A DNA stretch of 55,483 nucleotides, taken from NCBI RefSeq assembly GCF_001194135.2, contig NC_068990.1, forward strand, positions 48,544,509 through 48,599,991, in the 5' to 3' direction. The notes below the pieces were generated by a model that was given only the letters and a program-made list of their open reading frames with translations, had not been told where the DNA came from and made no database searches. The translations under genes were made by a program, and so were the position numbers. This DNA comes from Octopus bimaculoides. Its lineage: Eukaryota. Shown here piece by piece: positions 38,223 through 50,470 of the stretch (position 1 is the first letter of the stretch; each line of letters starts with the position of its first letter).

Positions 38223-38272
38223 CATCTTGACATAGCAAAGGCTAGCAGGCTAGCCTTGGCTATGTCAAGATG
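38223..38272. repeat. 50-bp hairpin, 23 of 24 bp paired
   Basis: catcttgacatagcaaaggctagc AG gctagccttggctatgtcaagatg. Confidence 0.95.
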
Positions 38273-38899
38273 GTTGCTTTTATGTGTATATATATATATA
38301 TATATAGAGGACTGAACAGACAGAACACAGCAAGGAAAAAAAGTTAGACGAAAGTAGAGTAAATGGGAAACTAGATGAAAACTTAATGGTCAGAGAATAT
38401 AGACAAAGACACGATACACAGAATAGCTGAGTTTTCCTTGTCAGTCAATGAACCAAAATATCATCGTGGTTTCACACCATTATCATTGAGACTACTCAGT
38501 CTTGGAGGTTCCAGTGGTGTTGTTAAGCTACTGGGAAAAAGCTAGTGAATATATACTGAGACAGAAACAAACAGGACACTATATAAATATAAAAGATAAA
38601 GAATTGTGGATAGATAACAACGCAAAGCCTTACGGCTATATGCAACAGAAGAAAGGAATGATAATAATTACACAAATACCACAAACACAACAGAAAAAGC
38701 CTTGCAGCTATCAAACGAACTAAGTGGGGTAGTGCAGGGTATAAATATATATATAATATGAGGAGTTTAGTTCACTAGTGATCTAAACGAATAAGTACGC
38801 TGTGTAAGTGCTATAATTGGTCATCTGTTATGTTTCAAGTTCACAGCTGAGGCTGGAGCTAGGGATCCATACTAGGCTTCCAAGTTAGTGAAGGTGTAA

Positions 38900-39238
38900 A
38901 TTAGAGGATAAAGGACAACAAAAACCAAGTTAAGATAAGTATCTCAAGTCATTTAGAATATTTAATTAGAGTAAGGTGAATTTGAGGTAATTAATTAATT
39001 GATTAGTTAATTAATTAATTATTGGATATCTTACAGTTGTTTCTGGTATACACCTTGTCTCTGATGACAGTTTACCCAGTGTATAGAGACGCCAAATTAT
39101 CACATGGGATATCCCAGAAACAGCTGTAAGACATCCAATAATTAATTAATTAATTATCTCAAATTCACCTTACTCTAATTAAATATTCTAAATAACTTGA
39201 TATACTCGTCCTACCTTGGTTTTTGCTGTCCTTTTTCC

Positions 39239-39244
<6 letters not shown>
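38900..39244. repeat. Foldback element with a hammerhead-like centre
   Basis: attagagga...tttctgg pairs with ccagaaa...tcctctaat; arms ~130-145 bp, spacer ~70 nt. Confidence 0.9.
39057..39132 (+). ncRNA. Type-I hammerhead-like motif with intact core
   Basis: GTCT-CTGATGA-(49 nt ending TGGGATATCCCA)-GAAAC AGCT GTA-AGAC; stem I GTCT/AGAC is perfect; stem II pairing is ambiguous. Confidence 0.55.
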
Positions 39245-39311
<67 letters not shown>

Positions 39312-39313
<2 letters not shown>

Positions 39314-40033
39314 GCAATTATTCGGTTGCCATAATAAAACTCCAAGTTTCAGATATGGGGGCAGAAACCTACACCGGCATCTCTTTAGTTATCAAGGAAA
39401 TCAGAATATGCTATGAAAAGGACAATTAAACAAAGGGAAATTACTATGTAATTGATCATTATTAATACAAAAGAGCTATGAGAATGACTGTTAAATAAGG
39501 GAAAAAAACCAAAGGGGAGGAAGTAAAGAGTAAAGGAATAAAAATGCTCATAGCAATCAACATATGCGTGCATGTACATACATACACATGCGCGCACACA
39601 TGTGCATATGCTCACTCACACACACAAACACACATGCACACGTGTGTTTGTGTGTGTGTGGATATGTATACGTGTACATGCATGGTTGCATATATATGTG
39701 CATCTATTGGTGCATGTATGGGTGCACATGTATTTTATCCGAGTGTGAGTGAGCATATGCATATAGGCACATGTACGTGGGTGTGCATGTGCACATGTGT
39801 GCATACGCAATTGCTATGAGCATTTTTACTCCTTTGGTTTTTTCCCTTATTTAACAGTCATTCTAATAGCACTTTTGTCTTAATAATGGACAATTACAGA
39901 GTAATTTCCCTTTGTTTAACGGTCATTTTCATAGCATATTTTGATTGCCTCGATAAGTGACGAGATGCCGGTACAGGTTTCCACCCCAACATCCAAAACT
40001 CAGAGTTTTATTATGACAACCGAATAATTGTCA
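39312..40033. repeat. Long foldback (arms 39312-39557 and 39810-40033) around a CA/TG-rich spacer
   Basis: tggcaattattcggttg...atgctcatagcaat versus attgctatgagcat...caaccgaataattgtca. Confidence 0.9.
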
Positions 40034-40116
40034 CATAGTATATTACAGATAAATTCTTCTATTTACATAATATCGAAGTCTCTTTCATTTTTTTGTTGTC
40101 TTACTATATATATATA

Positions 40117-40520
40117 NNNNNNNNNNNNNNNNNNNNNNNNNNNNNNNNNNNNNNNNNNNNNNNNNNNNNNNNNNNNNNNNNNNNNNNNNNNNNNNNNNNN
40201 NNNNNNNNNNNNNNNNNNNNNNNNNNNNNNNNNNNNNNNNNNNNNNNNNNNNNNNNNNNNNNNNNNNNNNNNNNNNNNNNNNNNNNNNNNNNNNNNNNNN
40301 NNNNNNNNNNNNNNNNNNNNNNNNNNNNNNNNNNNNNNNNNNNNNNNNNNNNNNNNNNNNNNNNNNNNNNNNNNNNNNNNNNNNNNNNNNNNNNNNNNNN
40401 NNNNNNNNNNNNNNNNNNNNNNNNNNNNNNNNNNNNNNNNNNNNNNNNNNNNNNNNNNNNNNNNNNNNNNNNNNNNNNNNNNNNNNNNNNNNNNNNNNNN
40501 NNNNNNNNNNNNNNNNNNNN
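40117..40520. other. Assembly gap (others: 30144-30207, 37936-37945, 44919-45033, 47477-47486, 48200-48561, 53155-53225)
   Basis: N runs. Confidence 1.
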
Positions 40521-40593
40521 TATATAGGTATGTATGTTTGCATATATGATCGAACGCGACGCATCCTTTTCCAAATAAGTTTTATCTATCTAT

Positions 40594-40644
<51 letters not shown>

Positions 40645-40999
40645 GACACACGCGCACACACACACACACACACACAGATAGACAGGGCAACGAACAATAG
40701 TAGAGGATGTTATATCATGAATTTAAAATAAGTAGGCTAGGCCTCAGAATTTAATAATGGTTAGAGGTGAGATGTAGTAATGTTCATTCCTTTTCAAATA
40801 TAAAAACAAAATAGTGGAATACATGAAGCTGTTTCAAATGGATTAAAGACTTGTTTAGAAAGATCTACTGCAGTCAAGAGGTGGACAAGGTGTAGCAGTT
40901 CCAGGTCAGCCCTATTTGATGAGATTATAATCAAAAGCGTTCTTGCCATGACCATCCCATCTTTTTCTTATGTGCAGGGAATCACAGACCACAATTTTC

Positions 41000-41850
41000 A
41001 AAGTGTCCCTTTCTAAAACGTAACGATGCGATTTGTGGGGAATTTGGCTGATACTTCTAAGTAGGTCGCGCAACTATGCAGATATTCCTGACAGTGACTG
41101 ATTCAGTAGTTAAAGATATACCTACACGGTTTGCGCCACCTATAACAAAGGATTAATAAATTTTCTTCTTTCCCATAGAAAGTTTTCTTGACGTAGTATC
41201 ATGTACTTGTGCGTGAGAGAAAGAACGAAGACAGGAAGCAGTAGAAGTTGAGTATGGGGCGTGTAGTTTGTTGGTTGTTTGGAGTATGATGTTTGTGATA
41301 CTGTATGTGCGTGCGTACAAACATAAACTAGACTAGGTGAATAAACTTTATATTTGAGAGGGGTGAAAAACAGGTTACAGACATAACTAAAGCCGTATAT
41401 ATTTAGAAGTGAATTAAAGGGAATTAAAACCAGATGACAAACACTTTTATCTGCACAACGTTTATACAAGGGACGTAATAGAGATGATGAGTTATTTCCC
41501 TTAGATAACATTTCTTTAGATATTCCTATACACTCTCATTCTTCACTGGCGAAGTTTCAAATTAGGCGCCTCATACTTCGTGGAAAAGAAAAATATTTCT
41601 GGAGAGACTAAAACATTTTTTTTTTTTTCAAGTTGAAATATTTGAAAGAAATTTTCAATATCCTAATTCCGAAAATAGACTTTTCCTTTCCGAGGGTATA
41701 AGTGTGCCGAATTCAAAATTCAGCCATTTATAATTTGAAAAGAAGTAAAAGCTAATTGATTTAGTAAAATTTTTAACCTTGCAAATTAAAGAGATTGGGT
41801 TTGAGTTCCATACTTCGACCTTTTTCCTGTTCAAAGGATTTTTTAATTCA
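41000..41850. promoter_or_regulatory. CpG-retaining patch, candidate promoter or first-exon region
   Basis: About 23 CpG in 41017-41820 by hand count versus 1 in 22001-23000; mostly unique sequence; plus-strand donor-like AG/GTGAAT at 41336/41337. Confidence 0.4.
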
Positions 41851-41903
41851 GTACACCATTATTTATAGCTTTATCTGCTTCTAGATTCACTGTTCCCAAA
41901 AAA

Positions 41904-42010
<107 letters not shown>

Positions 42011-43554
42011 TCATCGTCGTCATGTGTGTGTGTGTGTGTGTGTGTGTGTCACCGTTTGATAATTGGTATTGGCTTGTTAACATCCTGTTAACTTCGCAGT
42101 TTGGTAAAACGAGAATGATAAATATTAGTTTTAAATCTCTGGCGAGAAATATACAGTACCAGTACTGAATAGTAAAGTTTATATGGCAACGGAATGTAGC
42201 AGTTTTATAAAGGAAGATGTTACTGCTGTTAAAATATATATACTGGGTTCAATTTCATAGAAAAAGATCCTTCAGTGTCCCAACAAAACAGTAGTCTATT
42301 CAAGAAAACCAAATGCAAGAGTAGTACAGTATGTCTTTAACTACATTATCTGTTTCAGCACGCACATCAATTATTTGCACTATCATCACACCATCAGTTT
42401 CTAACTTACTTGGGTGTTTTCTCAATTTGGTAACAACCTTGATTGTTTCCCAACTTCTCTTTTGCTTCTCTGTTGGATGTTTCATTATATATTGTGTCTT
42501 GTTCAGGATTGAGTATCTAATGAGCAGATTTTCTTATGTCTCATTGTGTACCCCAGACAACTAATAAACCACACATCCACATCCTTTAAACTGCAGTTAA
42601 TAGTCTTTTAGTTCCATCATAAGCTACAAGTGAAAGATTTATTAGACAGTCATGTAAGTCTCCTCTTGATCAGCTATTTCAATGGAATGGTGGTGTTTTT
42701 GTTTTTTGCATTTTGATTTCATTGCCCCTTTGTATTTCTTTAAGTTTCTTTATCTTTACAGTTATTTTATCAATGTATTGTTGTTGTTGAGACACAGGCC
42801 TGTACTTAAGAAACAAAAGCTCTCATCAAAAGGTATTAATGCTGAGAACATTTATCTTTCTTTTCCCCCACCTAATATATCAAGAACAGCATTATGAGGC
42901 TTGGAAACAGGTGGGCTATGGCCTCAGACCTTTTCTAAAAATTCCTCAAATTTAATGGATTTGTGGATCAGTTGATGGCTTTTAGATTAGATAGTCTTTG
43001 TGTCATGATTTTATTTAACTTTTGCTTATATAAGCATTGCCAATGACAGAAATGGAAGGATACACAGGGATACTTTTACATGTAAACCATGGTATAATAT
43101 ATGTGTAAGACATGGACAATCACAAATATTTCAAAAGTGGGCTATTACAAAAATAAGTTGCTGATTCCTGATCTCGCATATACTTCCTGTTTTGACTGTA
43201 CAGTGTGATGTAAGAGGAGTTAGGCTGCTATGGTTCATTTATCAATGTGATTGTTTTGTTTATTTTTCTTTCTCTGAACTTTTGTTGTCTAGGGAGGGTC
43301 ATAGTGCCAATAAAAATTAAAATAAACACACACATTAATGCAATACTACTTCTTTATTTTACCAACTAATTATCCAATTTTTTGTTCAACGTGTTGATTG
43401 AACAATCAATTGGTTGCTAGATTTCTCAGAGTCCTTTTGTCACTATTCACAACCTCATCAATGACATGCCTAAAACAAAATAAAATAATCTCTAAACTTT
43501 GTCTCCTTGTTATAGACGAAACTGAGTTTTTTGCTCTATTTCATATAAACAAAA

Positions 43555-44070
43555 GACAGAGGTGTGGCTGTGTGGTTAAGAAGCTTGCTTTACCACAACA
43601 TAGTTGCACGTTCAGTCCCATGAGTGGAAGGCTTAATCCATCACCCAGACTAGCAGCATCACCTGGCAGAATCCATTCTGCTGCAAGCCTTTGGTCCAGA
43701 TCTCCGGTTTGAGGATACTTTCCTTCTCCACTTCCACCCGTCAGTTTTTGGAGGCCTTGTAAAGTCTATAAGTAGTGCTTTCCCATCTGACCCTGAGCCA
43801 ACCAACACCTTGTGAGTGAATTTGGTGGATGGACACTGAGTGGAAACCTTTTATCAGTGTGTGGTGGGGTGCTGCATATCCCACCACTGTTTGACAACTG
43901 ATGTTGGTTTGTTTATGTCTTTGTAACTTAGTAGTTCAGCAAAAGATATTGACAGAATAAATGCTAGACTTTAAAAATTAAGTACTGGACTTAATTTGGT
44001 TGACTAAACCTCCAAAGCAGTGCCCCAGCATGGCCACAGTTCAATAACTGAAACAAGAAAAAGGTGAAAG
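43555..44070 (+). mobile_element. Family A SINE with an internal insertion
   Basis: Head at 43555; body resumes near 43790. Confidence 0.7.
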
Positions 44071-44866
44071 ACGTGCATTTTGGAGCCATTTTAATGTAAA
44101 ATAAGGGTCTAGAACACTGATAGTAACTTTATAGCCAGCATCTATTTTTAGCAGGTCTTTACATTCACCATCTAATTTTGTAGTAGTAAATGGCAAAGGC
44201 ATTAGGACATTAGCTTGAATGCTTTTTATTATTTGTTCCAATTCTCTGCATTCTGAGTCAAAATCACACTCAGGTCAACTTAACATTTCATGCTTAGGAT
44301 GGTGGATTGCAAGAATTGTGAGAGCATCAGATGGAATGTCTTGCAATATCTATTCCAGCTGAAGAAATATTCTGAGTTGAAATCCTGTCAAATAGACCAT
44401 AGAAGGATTTGAACTCAGACACACAAAGAACTGAAACAAAAAATACTCCAACATTCTCATAGTATCACCAATCTACAACCCTTGATTGGTATTTTAATAT
44501 ATATATATAAATACCTCAAAACCATGAGAGACAAGGTTGACTTCAGCTAGACTGCCAGAGAATCAAAACAAGTATCATGAGGTATTTTACGTCACAAATT
44601 ACCATCAGCATTTAATATCTCATCATTTAATGTCCAATTTTCCATGCATGCATGGTATCAGACAATTTGTTGAGGCAGATTTTCTATGATCAGATGCACT
44701 TCCTGTCACCAACCCTCACTTGCTTCCATATTCATATTAATAAAATTGGTTTGGTAAGATAGACATGTCAGTCTGCTATAGTCATTATAGTCACCCTCCT
44801 CCTCCCCCAACAAGCCCTACAAAGATTTTAACGTTCCAATAAATAATAAATGAAAAATATGATGCT

Positions 44867-44918
<52 letters not shown>

Positions 44919-45036
44919 NNNNNNNNNNNNNNNNNNNNNNNNNNNNNNNNNNNNNNNNNNNNNNNNNNNNNNNNNNNNNNNNNNNNNNNNNNNNNNNNNN
45001 NNNNNNNNNNNNNNNNNNNNNNNNNNNNNNNNNCGC

Positions 45037-45240
45037 GTAAGTAACTGTATGAGACTGCTTGAGTGTGTTTGTGTGTGTGCACATAACCATATGAGACTGT
45101 GCGGTTGTGTGTGCACGTAATTGTATGAGACTGTGTGTGTGCACGCACGTACCTGTATGAGACTATGTGTGTGCATGCACATACCTGTATGAGATTGTCT
45201 GTATGTGTGTGTGTAACTGTATGAGATAGTGAGTGTGTGT
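45037..45240. repeat. Minisatellite, ~30-bp unit gtaactgtatgagactgtgtgtgtgcac, about 6 copies
   Basis: Recurring tgtatgagact core; lies next to an N gap. Confidence 0.85.
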
Positions 45241-45314
45241 GTAAAACAATAACTGAATGTGTATGTTGGTATCTATGTTTAACATAGAGACTGGGTGTGG
45301 AATGTCTACTAATA

Positions 45315-45350
<36 letters not shown>

Positions 45351-46307
45351 TTGTTATCTGTGAACATGTGTATGTTTGTGTAACAATAGGAGATTATGCA
45401 ATTGTCAGCTGGTATCAGCTGGCACGTGGCTTAGAGGTTAAGGTATTTGGCTTACGATCATGAGTTCAAAAACTAGCAGCACATTGTTACATGGTACTCC
45501 TCCAGTCCACTCAGCTGGAGTGAGTTGTAGCTGCAATTCACAAGGGCCAGCCTTGTTAAGTAATATTTCCCATGGCCAGATATATTTTCCACAGAAGACT
45601 GTCAATAAACAACATGAAAGACAAGGTTGTATGACGATGATGCTCCTTTACACCACCCGTCATGTGATGTCAAGACAAGTGTTATATACATAAGCACATA
45701 CACACATATATATTCTTTTTCTTTTTTTCTTTCTTTTATTTGTTTCAGTCATTTGACTGTGGCCATGCTGGAGCACCACCTTTAGTCAAGCAAATCAACC
45801 TCCAGGACTTATTCTTTGTAAGCCTAGTACTTATTCTAGTGGTTGCTTTTGTCAAACCACTAATTTACAGGGATGTAAACACATCAGCATCATTGGGAGG
45901 GACAAACACAAACACATAATTACACACATCCAGCCCATTAACTATCCACAAACACATTGCCTAGAGAGAGAGAGAGAGAGAGAGAGAATTTCTTTCAGTG
46001 CAGCATGAGATATTTCCATTTATTTTTTTCAGCATTCAATGTGTGTGCGTGTGTATGTGTGTGCACGCGCGCACGTGCACGTATGTGTGTGCACGCGCGC
46101 ACGTGCACGTATGTGTGTGTGTGTGCATATATGAATATGAATATGTGTGTATGCAAGTGCGTTTGTTAGTGAACATGTCTATATTTTAATTTTGAAATTT
46201 CAGTCAAACAAATTTCAGATGACTTAACAGAAACTAAAGTTGAGATGGAAAAAATTTTTTAATTTTATTTTTGCATTATAAATCATCTCTTACATTATAT
46301 ATATATT

Positions 46308-48199
46308 AACCCCTGTACCTGTCTTTTATTGACATGGAGAAAGCCTTTGACAGGGTTCCCTGATCCCTTATCTGGTGGTCAATGAGGAAACTAGTGATAG
46401 ATGAGTGGCTAGTGAGCACTGTACAAGCCATGTACAGGGACGCTGTCAGTAAGGTGAGGGTTGGCAATGAGTACAGTGAAGAATTCCGGGTAGAGGTAGG
46501 GGTCCACCAAGGTTCAGTCCTCAGCCCCCTCCTATTCATCATAGGCAATAACAGAGGAATTCAAGACAGGATGCCCCTGGGAGCTCCCCTATGCTGATGA
46601 CTTTGCGCTAATTGTTGAGTCATTATCAGAACTAGAGGAGAAGTTTCAGGTGTGGAAGCAAGGATTAGAATCGAAGGGCCTTAGAGTCAACCTGGCTAAA
46701 ACCAAAGTCCTAATAAGTAGGAAGGCAGACAAACCACAAATCCCTTCAGGTAGATGGCCCTGCTCGATCTGTAGAAAAAGCGTAGGTAGAAACTCTATAA
46801 TACATACTTAGTGTAAGTTATGGACACATAAGAGGTGCAGTAATATCAAAGGAAGGCTAACTAGCAAGATAGTTTTTGTATGTGGCAGATGTTCAGAAGC
46901 TATAAACACTGTAAATGTGCAGAGAACAACTTCTATCACATTCTAGGGAGAAAAACTAGTAGTTGATACCTTCCATTACCTAGGTGACCAAGTCAGTAGT
47001 TAGGGTGGGTGTTCTGAAAGTGTAGCTGCTAGAATAAGAATAGCCTGGGCAAGTTCAGAGAGCTCCTACCTCTGCTGGTGACAAAGGGCCTCTCACTCAG
47101 AGAAAAAGGTAGACTGTATGACACATGTGTACGAACAGCCATGCTACATGGCAGTGAAACATGGGCTGTGACTGCTGAGGACACACGTAAACTTGCAAGG
47201 AATGAAGCCAGCATACTCTGCTGGATGTGTAATGTCAGTGTGCATACTCGACGGAGTGTAAGTGCCTTGAGAGAAAAGTTGGACCTAAGAAACATCAGAT
47301 GTGGTGTGCAAGAGAGATGACTGCGCTGGTTTGGTCATGTGGTGGGAATGGATGAAGATAGCTGTGTGAAAAAGTGTCACACCCTAGCGGTTGAGGGAAC
47401 CTGTGGAAGAGGCAGACCCAGGAAGACCTGGGATGAGGTGATGAAGCATGACCTTCGAATATTAGGCCTCATCGAGNNNNNNNNNNGAGGTGATGAAGCA
47501 TGACCTTCGAATATTAGGCTTCATCGAGGCAATGACTAGTGACCGAGACCTTTGGAAATATGCTGTGCTTGAGAAGACCCGGCAAGCCAAGTGATACCAT
47601 AACTCGTGGCCTATGCCAGTGGTGTAACCAGCTCACTTATGCATACCTTTCCTTCATTGGACACTAACCTCTGCTTGCGAAAACGTGTTGAGGCAAGTGA
47701 AATCGAAATTGAAATCAAATTCAATGACAGCATCACATGACTGGCATCCATGCCAGTGGATCACTAAGAGCACCATCCGAGCATGATCGTTGCCAGGGTC
47801 ACTAACTGGCTCCCGTGCCAGTGGCACATAAAAAGCACCATTCAAGCATGATCTTTACAAGTGTCCCCGTACTGGCACTTGTGCCGGTGGCACATGAAAA
47901 ACAACATTTGAGCAAGGTCATTGCCAATGCCGCTGGACTGGCTCCTGTGCAGGTGACACATAAAAAACACCAGTTGAGCATGGCCATTGCCAGTACTGCC
48001 TGACTTGCCCTCGTGCCAGTGGCATGTAAAAGCACCCACTATACTCTCAGAGTGGTTGGTGTTAGGAAGGACATCCAGCTGTAGAAACTCTGTCTGATCA
48101 GATTGGAGCCGGATGCAGCCATCTGGCTCCCCAGTCCTCAGTCAAACCGTCGAACCCATGCCAGCATGGAAAGTGGACATTAAACGATGATGATGATGA
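46308..48199 (+). mobile_element. 5'-truncated RTE-clade LINE, second copy
   Basis: PLYLSFIDMEKAFDRVP, VGVHQGSVLSPLLF, PYADDFA, PHD-like segment, KGRLYDTCVRTAMLHGSETW, and a 3' UTR ending in (GAT)n. Confidence 0.93.
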
Positions 48200-49084
48200 N
48201 NNNNNNNNNNNNNNNNNNNNNNNNNNNNNNNNNNNNNNNNNNNNNNNNNNNNNNNNNNNNNNNNNNNNNNNNNNNNNNNNNNNNNNNNNNNNNNNNNNNN
48301 NNNNNNNNNNNNNNNNNNNNNNNNNNNNNNNNNNNNNNNNNNNNNNNNNNNNNNNNNNNNNNNNNNNNNNNNNNNNNNNNNNNNNNNNNNNNNNNNNNNN
48401 NNNNNNNNNNNNNNNNNNNNNNNNNNNNNNNNNNNNNNNNNNNNNNNNNNNNNNNNNNNNNNNNNNNNNNNNNNNNNNNNNNNNNNNNNNNNNNNNNNNN
48501 NNNNNNNNNNNNNNNNNNNNNNNNNNNNNNNNNNNNNNNNNNNNNNNNNNNNNNNNNNNNNTATATATATTACACACACATATATGTATATATATATGCT
48601 TGTGTTAAAGTGTGTGTGTTCATGTTAGTTTGCATATTTGACAGATTTTCTCACTTTCCACCATCATTCACATTTTTGTTTTACTTTTTTCCTTTCCCTT
48701 CAATCATTTGCCTCTCTCCGTTGTTTCTCCTTTTCTTTCTCATTCTTCCCTCTCTCAAAGCCTTTTTACACTCACCTATCAATTTTCACTCTACCTCACC
48801 TTGCTTTCACCCACACCCATTCTTTCTTGTACCACTTTTCTTTCTTTTGTCTCCTTCCCACCTGCTATTTCACTTTAGTGGGACAAAAAGGAAATTATTC
48901 TGTTAAGGAACTCAACATGTTGTGCAGTTCATATTCAGCCCTGATTAAGCAGACCTTATACCAGAGACATTCCAGCTGTTACCATCAAATTCTTTTCCTA
49001 GATATTTAGGGTTACTTCATTGTGTGTCACCTTTTTTTTTAAAGTTAATAAAGCTGTAGTTTTGAAGAGGTTTGACTGGTACTT

Positions 49085-50470
49085 CTGCAAGTGTGGTTGT
49101 GTGGTAAGAAGCTTTGTGCAAGTGTCTTCTATAGCCTCAGGCCAACCAAAGTCATGTGAATGGATTTGGTAGATGGAAACTGAAAGAAACCCGTCATGTG
49201 TGTGTGTGTGTGTGTGTATTTATGTTTGTGTATGTTTGTCTATATTTGTACCCCCACCATCACTTGACAACCAATGCTGGTGTGTTTATGTCCCTATAAC
49301 TTAGTAGTTCGGCAAAAAGAGACCAATAGAATAAGTACTAGGCTTATAAAGAATAAGTCCTGGAGTCAATTTCAATGACTAAAACCTGTAGCAAAGCTTC
49401 TCTCTCTCAGTTATATATACATCAATCCGGACGTAGCAGAAAACAGCTAGCCTTCAACCGCATCTTTGGACCCTGTTGTGTCCACCACTCTGATTGGTTG
49501 GTATTGGCGCATTTTTGTCTCTTGTTCTATTTCGTGCCAGGGTGCATACCAACCAATCGCACCCTTCTGATAAGGTCACATGGAACAGTTTTCTGAACCC
49601 CTGTTTGAGCCGATTATTTCTCATAAATAGCTTGCTTGTCTGTGCTAAAGTTTGTCTTTGGCCTTAGACCTTCTGAGGTCTAGCCGCTGACCACAGAGCA
49701 CCAGCCAGTTCCAGCGACAACACGACACAGCTTCATGGCGATCCCATACTTCGTTCAACACCTTACTGCAAACTCCATCTTTGTCGCCACTTCCAGTTTC
49801 TTAGCGTCTACACTGACGTCTCTACGTACACACCATCAGCAGCACCCACACAGGTTCTCTCAACACTGTTTGTGTGAATTGCTTCACCATGAATAACAGT
49901 GAGTACAACCTGCGAGACCTCCTGTACCAAGTAACCAATCGCAGTATCGTAGCCTCAACTTCTCGAGCGGCAGTATCTTTTGTCTGGCTCTGCTATACGG
50001 CCACGACTTCTTGTACAGCACCTCTACCACTGTATACCATGAATACGAACTGGTATTTCACATCCTTGTGTCTGGATGTCTAACATCCTTATTATAGACT
50101 ATTTTCTATGCTCTGTATCTCTTGCATTCATATACATATTTGTATATACACACACACTCTTTGTTTACACAATGGCCTGTCTTATATTGTGTTTTATGTC
50201 GCATCCACACTCATACAGACATTCTAGTTGACTACCAATAAAACCTTATTTTTATACATTTGTACCCGGTTGAGTCTCTCTTTTCTTGTTGGCACTTAAC
50301 TCATTTTTACCTCATTCCGTCTTTTGCTTTTTTATATTTGTGCCGACTGTGCGATGCGCTAAAGGAGCCATTCCTTCGTCACCATCTCCTGGTTGCCCGG
50401 TCACTACAAACCCCTTAAGGTAGGGCTCCAGCATGGCCACAGTCAAATGACTAAAACAGGTAACAGGATA
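49085..50470 (+). mobile_element. Family A SINE split by a solo LTR
   Basis: gactaaaacc [LTR] aaccccttaagg...ctccagcatggccacagtc. Confidence 0.85.
49387..50408 (+). mobile_element. Solo LTR, 1022 bp, Gypsy-like
   Basis: TGTAG...CTACA termini; 4-bp TSD AACC at 49383-49386 and 50409-50412; CCAAT, TATA-like and AATAAA motifs give the inferred orientation. Confidence 0.88.

Noticed and set aside
39345-39375. Hammerhead in the arms of the 39312-40033 foldback
   Set aside because: GAAAC is present, but neither arm has a CUGANGA core (CAGATAT, TGGATGT).
42300-42485. Minus-strand ORF with a strong donor (CAA/GTAAGT)
   Set aside because: No frame resembles the Slp N-terminus and no acceptor is evident.
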